Below are positions 63,035-64,000 of a stretch of DNA of 64,000 nt, in pieces; position 1 is the stretch's first letter, and every line of letters starts with the position of its first letter. The stretch is taken from assembly GCF_000150275.1 (NCBI RefSeq), contig NW_002060947.1, positions 5,834,855 to 5,898,854 of the forward strand, read 5' to 3'. The stretch is from Trichoplax adhaerens (Eukaryota; Animalia; Placozoa). The notes below the pieces were generated by a model. That model saw only the letters and a list, made by a program, of their open reading frames with translations. It ran no database searches and was not told where the DNA came from. Position numbers and translations under genes: made by a program.

Positions 63035-63514
63035 ATGAAGCTCCTCATAGTTAATTCTATGAATTTGCAGTGTAAAAATGCAATATTAAATACTACTACA
63101 AAATTGGCAATATTTAACAGGTCTACTTGTAAATCAATATGAAACTTCCAGGAGAAAGTATGTCTTCCCGTAGATATCAACAAGTTCATCACAATTTACT
63201 AAAATATAGAATATAGTAGTTTGATGAAATTTACTGCAGACTGCTGCATCGGTACTATATTGCGAAGTAAAGGAATGAAAGGAATCTGTAATTGTTAAAA
63301 TATTATTTAATCTAATATCGTTTAATAAAGGAAATTAAGGCTATAGTAATGATTGCATACCTGACGACAAAGATCTATTCGTAAAAGAAAATTCTCATCA
63401 CATATTTGTTCATTTCAACCAAATAATAACAAAAGTATAATAAATCTATCTCAGATATTATGCAATCAACTAAAGATTGGATTTATGGACATATTACCGA
63501 TAGATAGAGAAGAC

Positions 63515-63705
63515 CTGAACCCCCGCGAAAAATAATAACAAAAAGATAATAAAAGGAAATAAAAAATGAAACACTAAAAATCGGATATATACGCCGCGCG
63601 AGCGCAAAGAAATATATATATCGTCACGACTCTGAAATTTTCTATATATATTTATGCAATAATGTATGCGCGATTCGCGATTGGTCTACCAATATAATCC
63701 ATTAG
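63515..63705. promoter_or_regulatory. CpG-rich promoter-like patch
   Basis: Local CpG cluster in AT-rich DNA (ccccgcgaaa, cgccgcgcgagcgc, gcgcgattcgcg) with opposed ATTGG/CCAAT boxes at about 63680-63693. The associated gene was not identified. Confidence 0.3.
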
Positions 63706-64000
63706 CTAAATACTGACAAAATCTATTTAATTAGCAAGTACGGTGCTTTGCTCCGCAACACTTACCGATCAGGCTTACTGTTGCAATATTTTCCTTCATA
63801 ACTATATAATATTTTGCTTCAAAATTATTGTATCAAAATCTCTTCTATACGCTATAGTACTGGTACTACAATTTACTAAATGTTCCACTCATCTAACTAG
63901 TATGCAAAATATCACAATCAGTAGATTCTACTAATTGTAACTAACATTTGAGCAAATGATGATAGTTTCAAATTTACAAGATATTAAAGACATATCTATC

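Noticed and set aside
1-64000. Prokaryotic systems (CRISPR array, operons, defence islands), rRNA and tRNA genes
   Set aside because: The sequence is spliced eukaryotic DNA. I saw no regularly spaced repeat-spacer array and no rRNA or tRNA-like sequence.

Overview
This is AT-rich, intron-containing eukaryotic (early-branching animal) genomic DNA. Short GT-AG introns and large intronless 42-aa TPR arrays are most consistent with a placozoan (Trichoplax-like) genome, but this is inference. From 5' to 3' the window holds: (1) 1-19.6 kb, a tandem family of four secreted genes with the layout signal peptide + C-type lectin + C-type lectin + linker + PAN/apple; one is intact, one is cut by the window edge and two are pseudogenes. 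(2) A cluster of solo LTRs within and around that family: five have TG...CA ends and 5-bp target-site duplications (four perfect, one with a single mismatch), plus three degenerate copies. (3) 23-53 kb, four + strand intronless TPR-array genes: two end in a CaaX prenylation motif (one is a pseudogene) and two start with an MGNS myristoylation-type N-terminus. (4) Interleaved with these, three multi-exon - strand genes that the ORF track almost entirely misses. I read them as divergent importin-alpha-derived ARM proteins: one near full length and two reduced to about three ARM repeats. (5) 59-62 kb, an intronless R-SNARE (VAMP-like) gene and a degenerate tail-anchored relative. The most novel-looking signal is a repeated cassette of a lipid-anchored TPR array plus a truncated importin-alpha-like gene, lying next to a lectin family undergoing birth and death. 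All gene models were spliced and translated by hand; no database searches were run.
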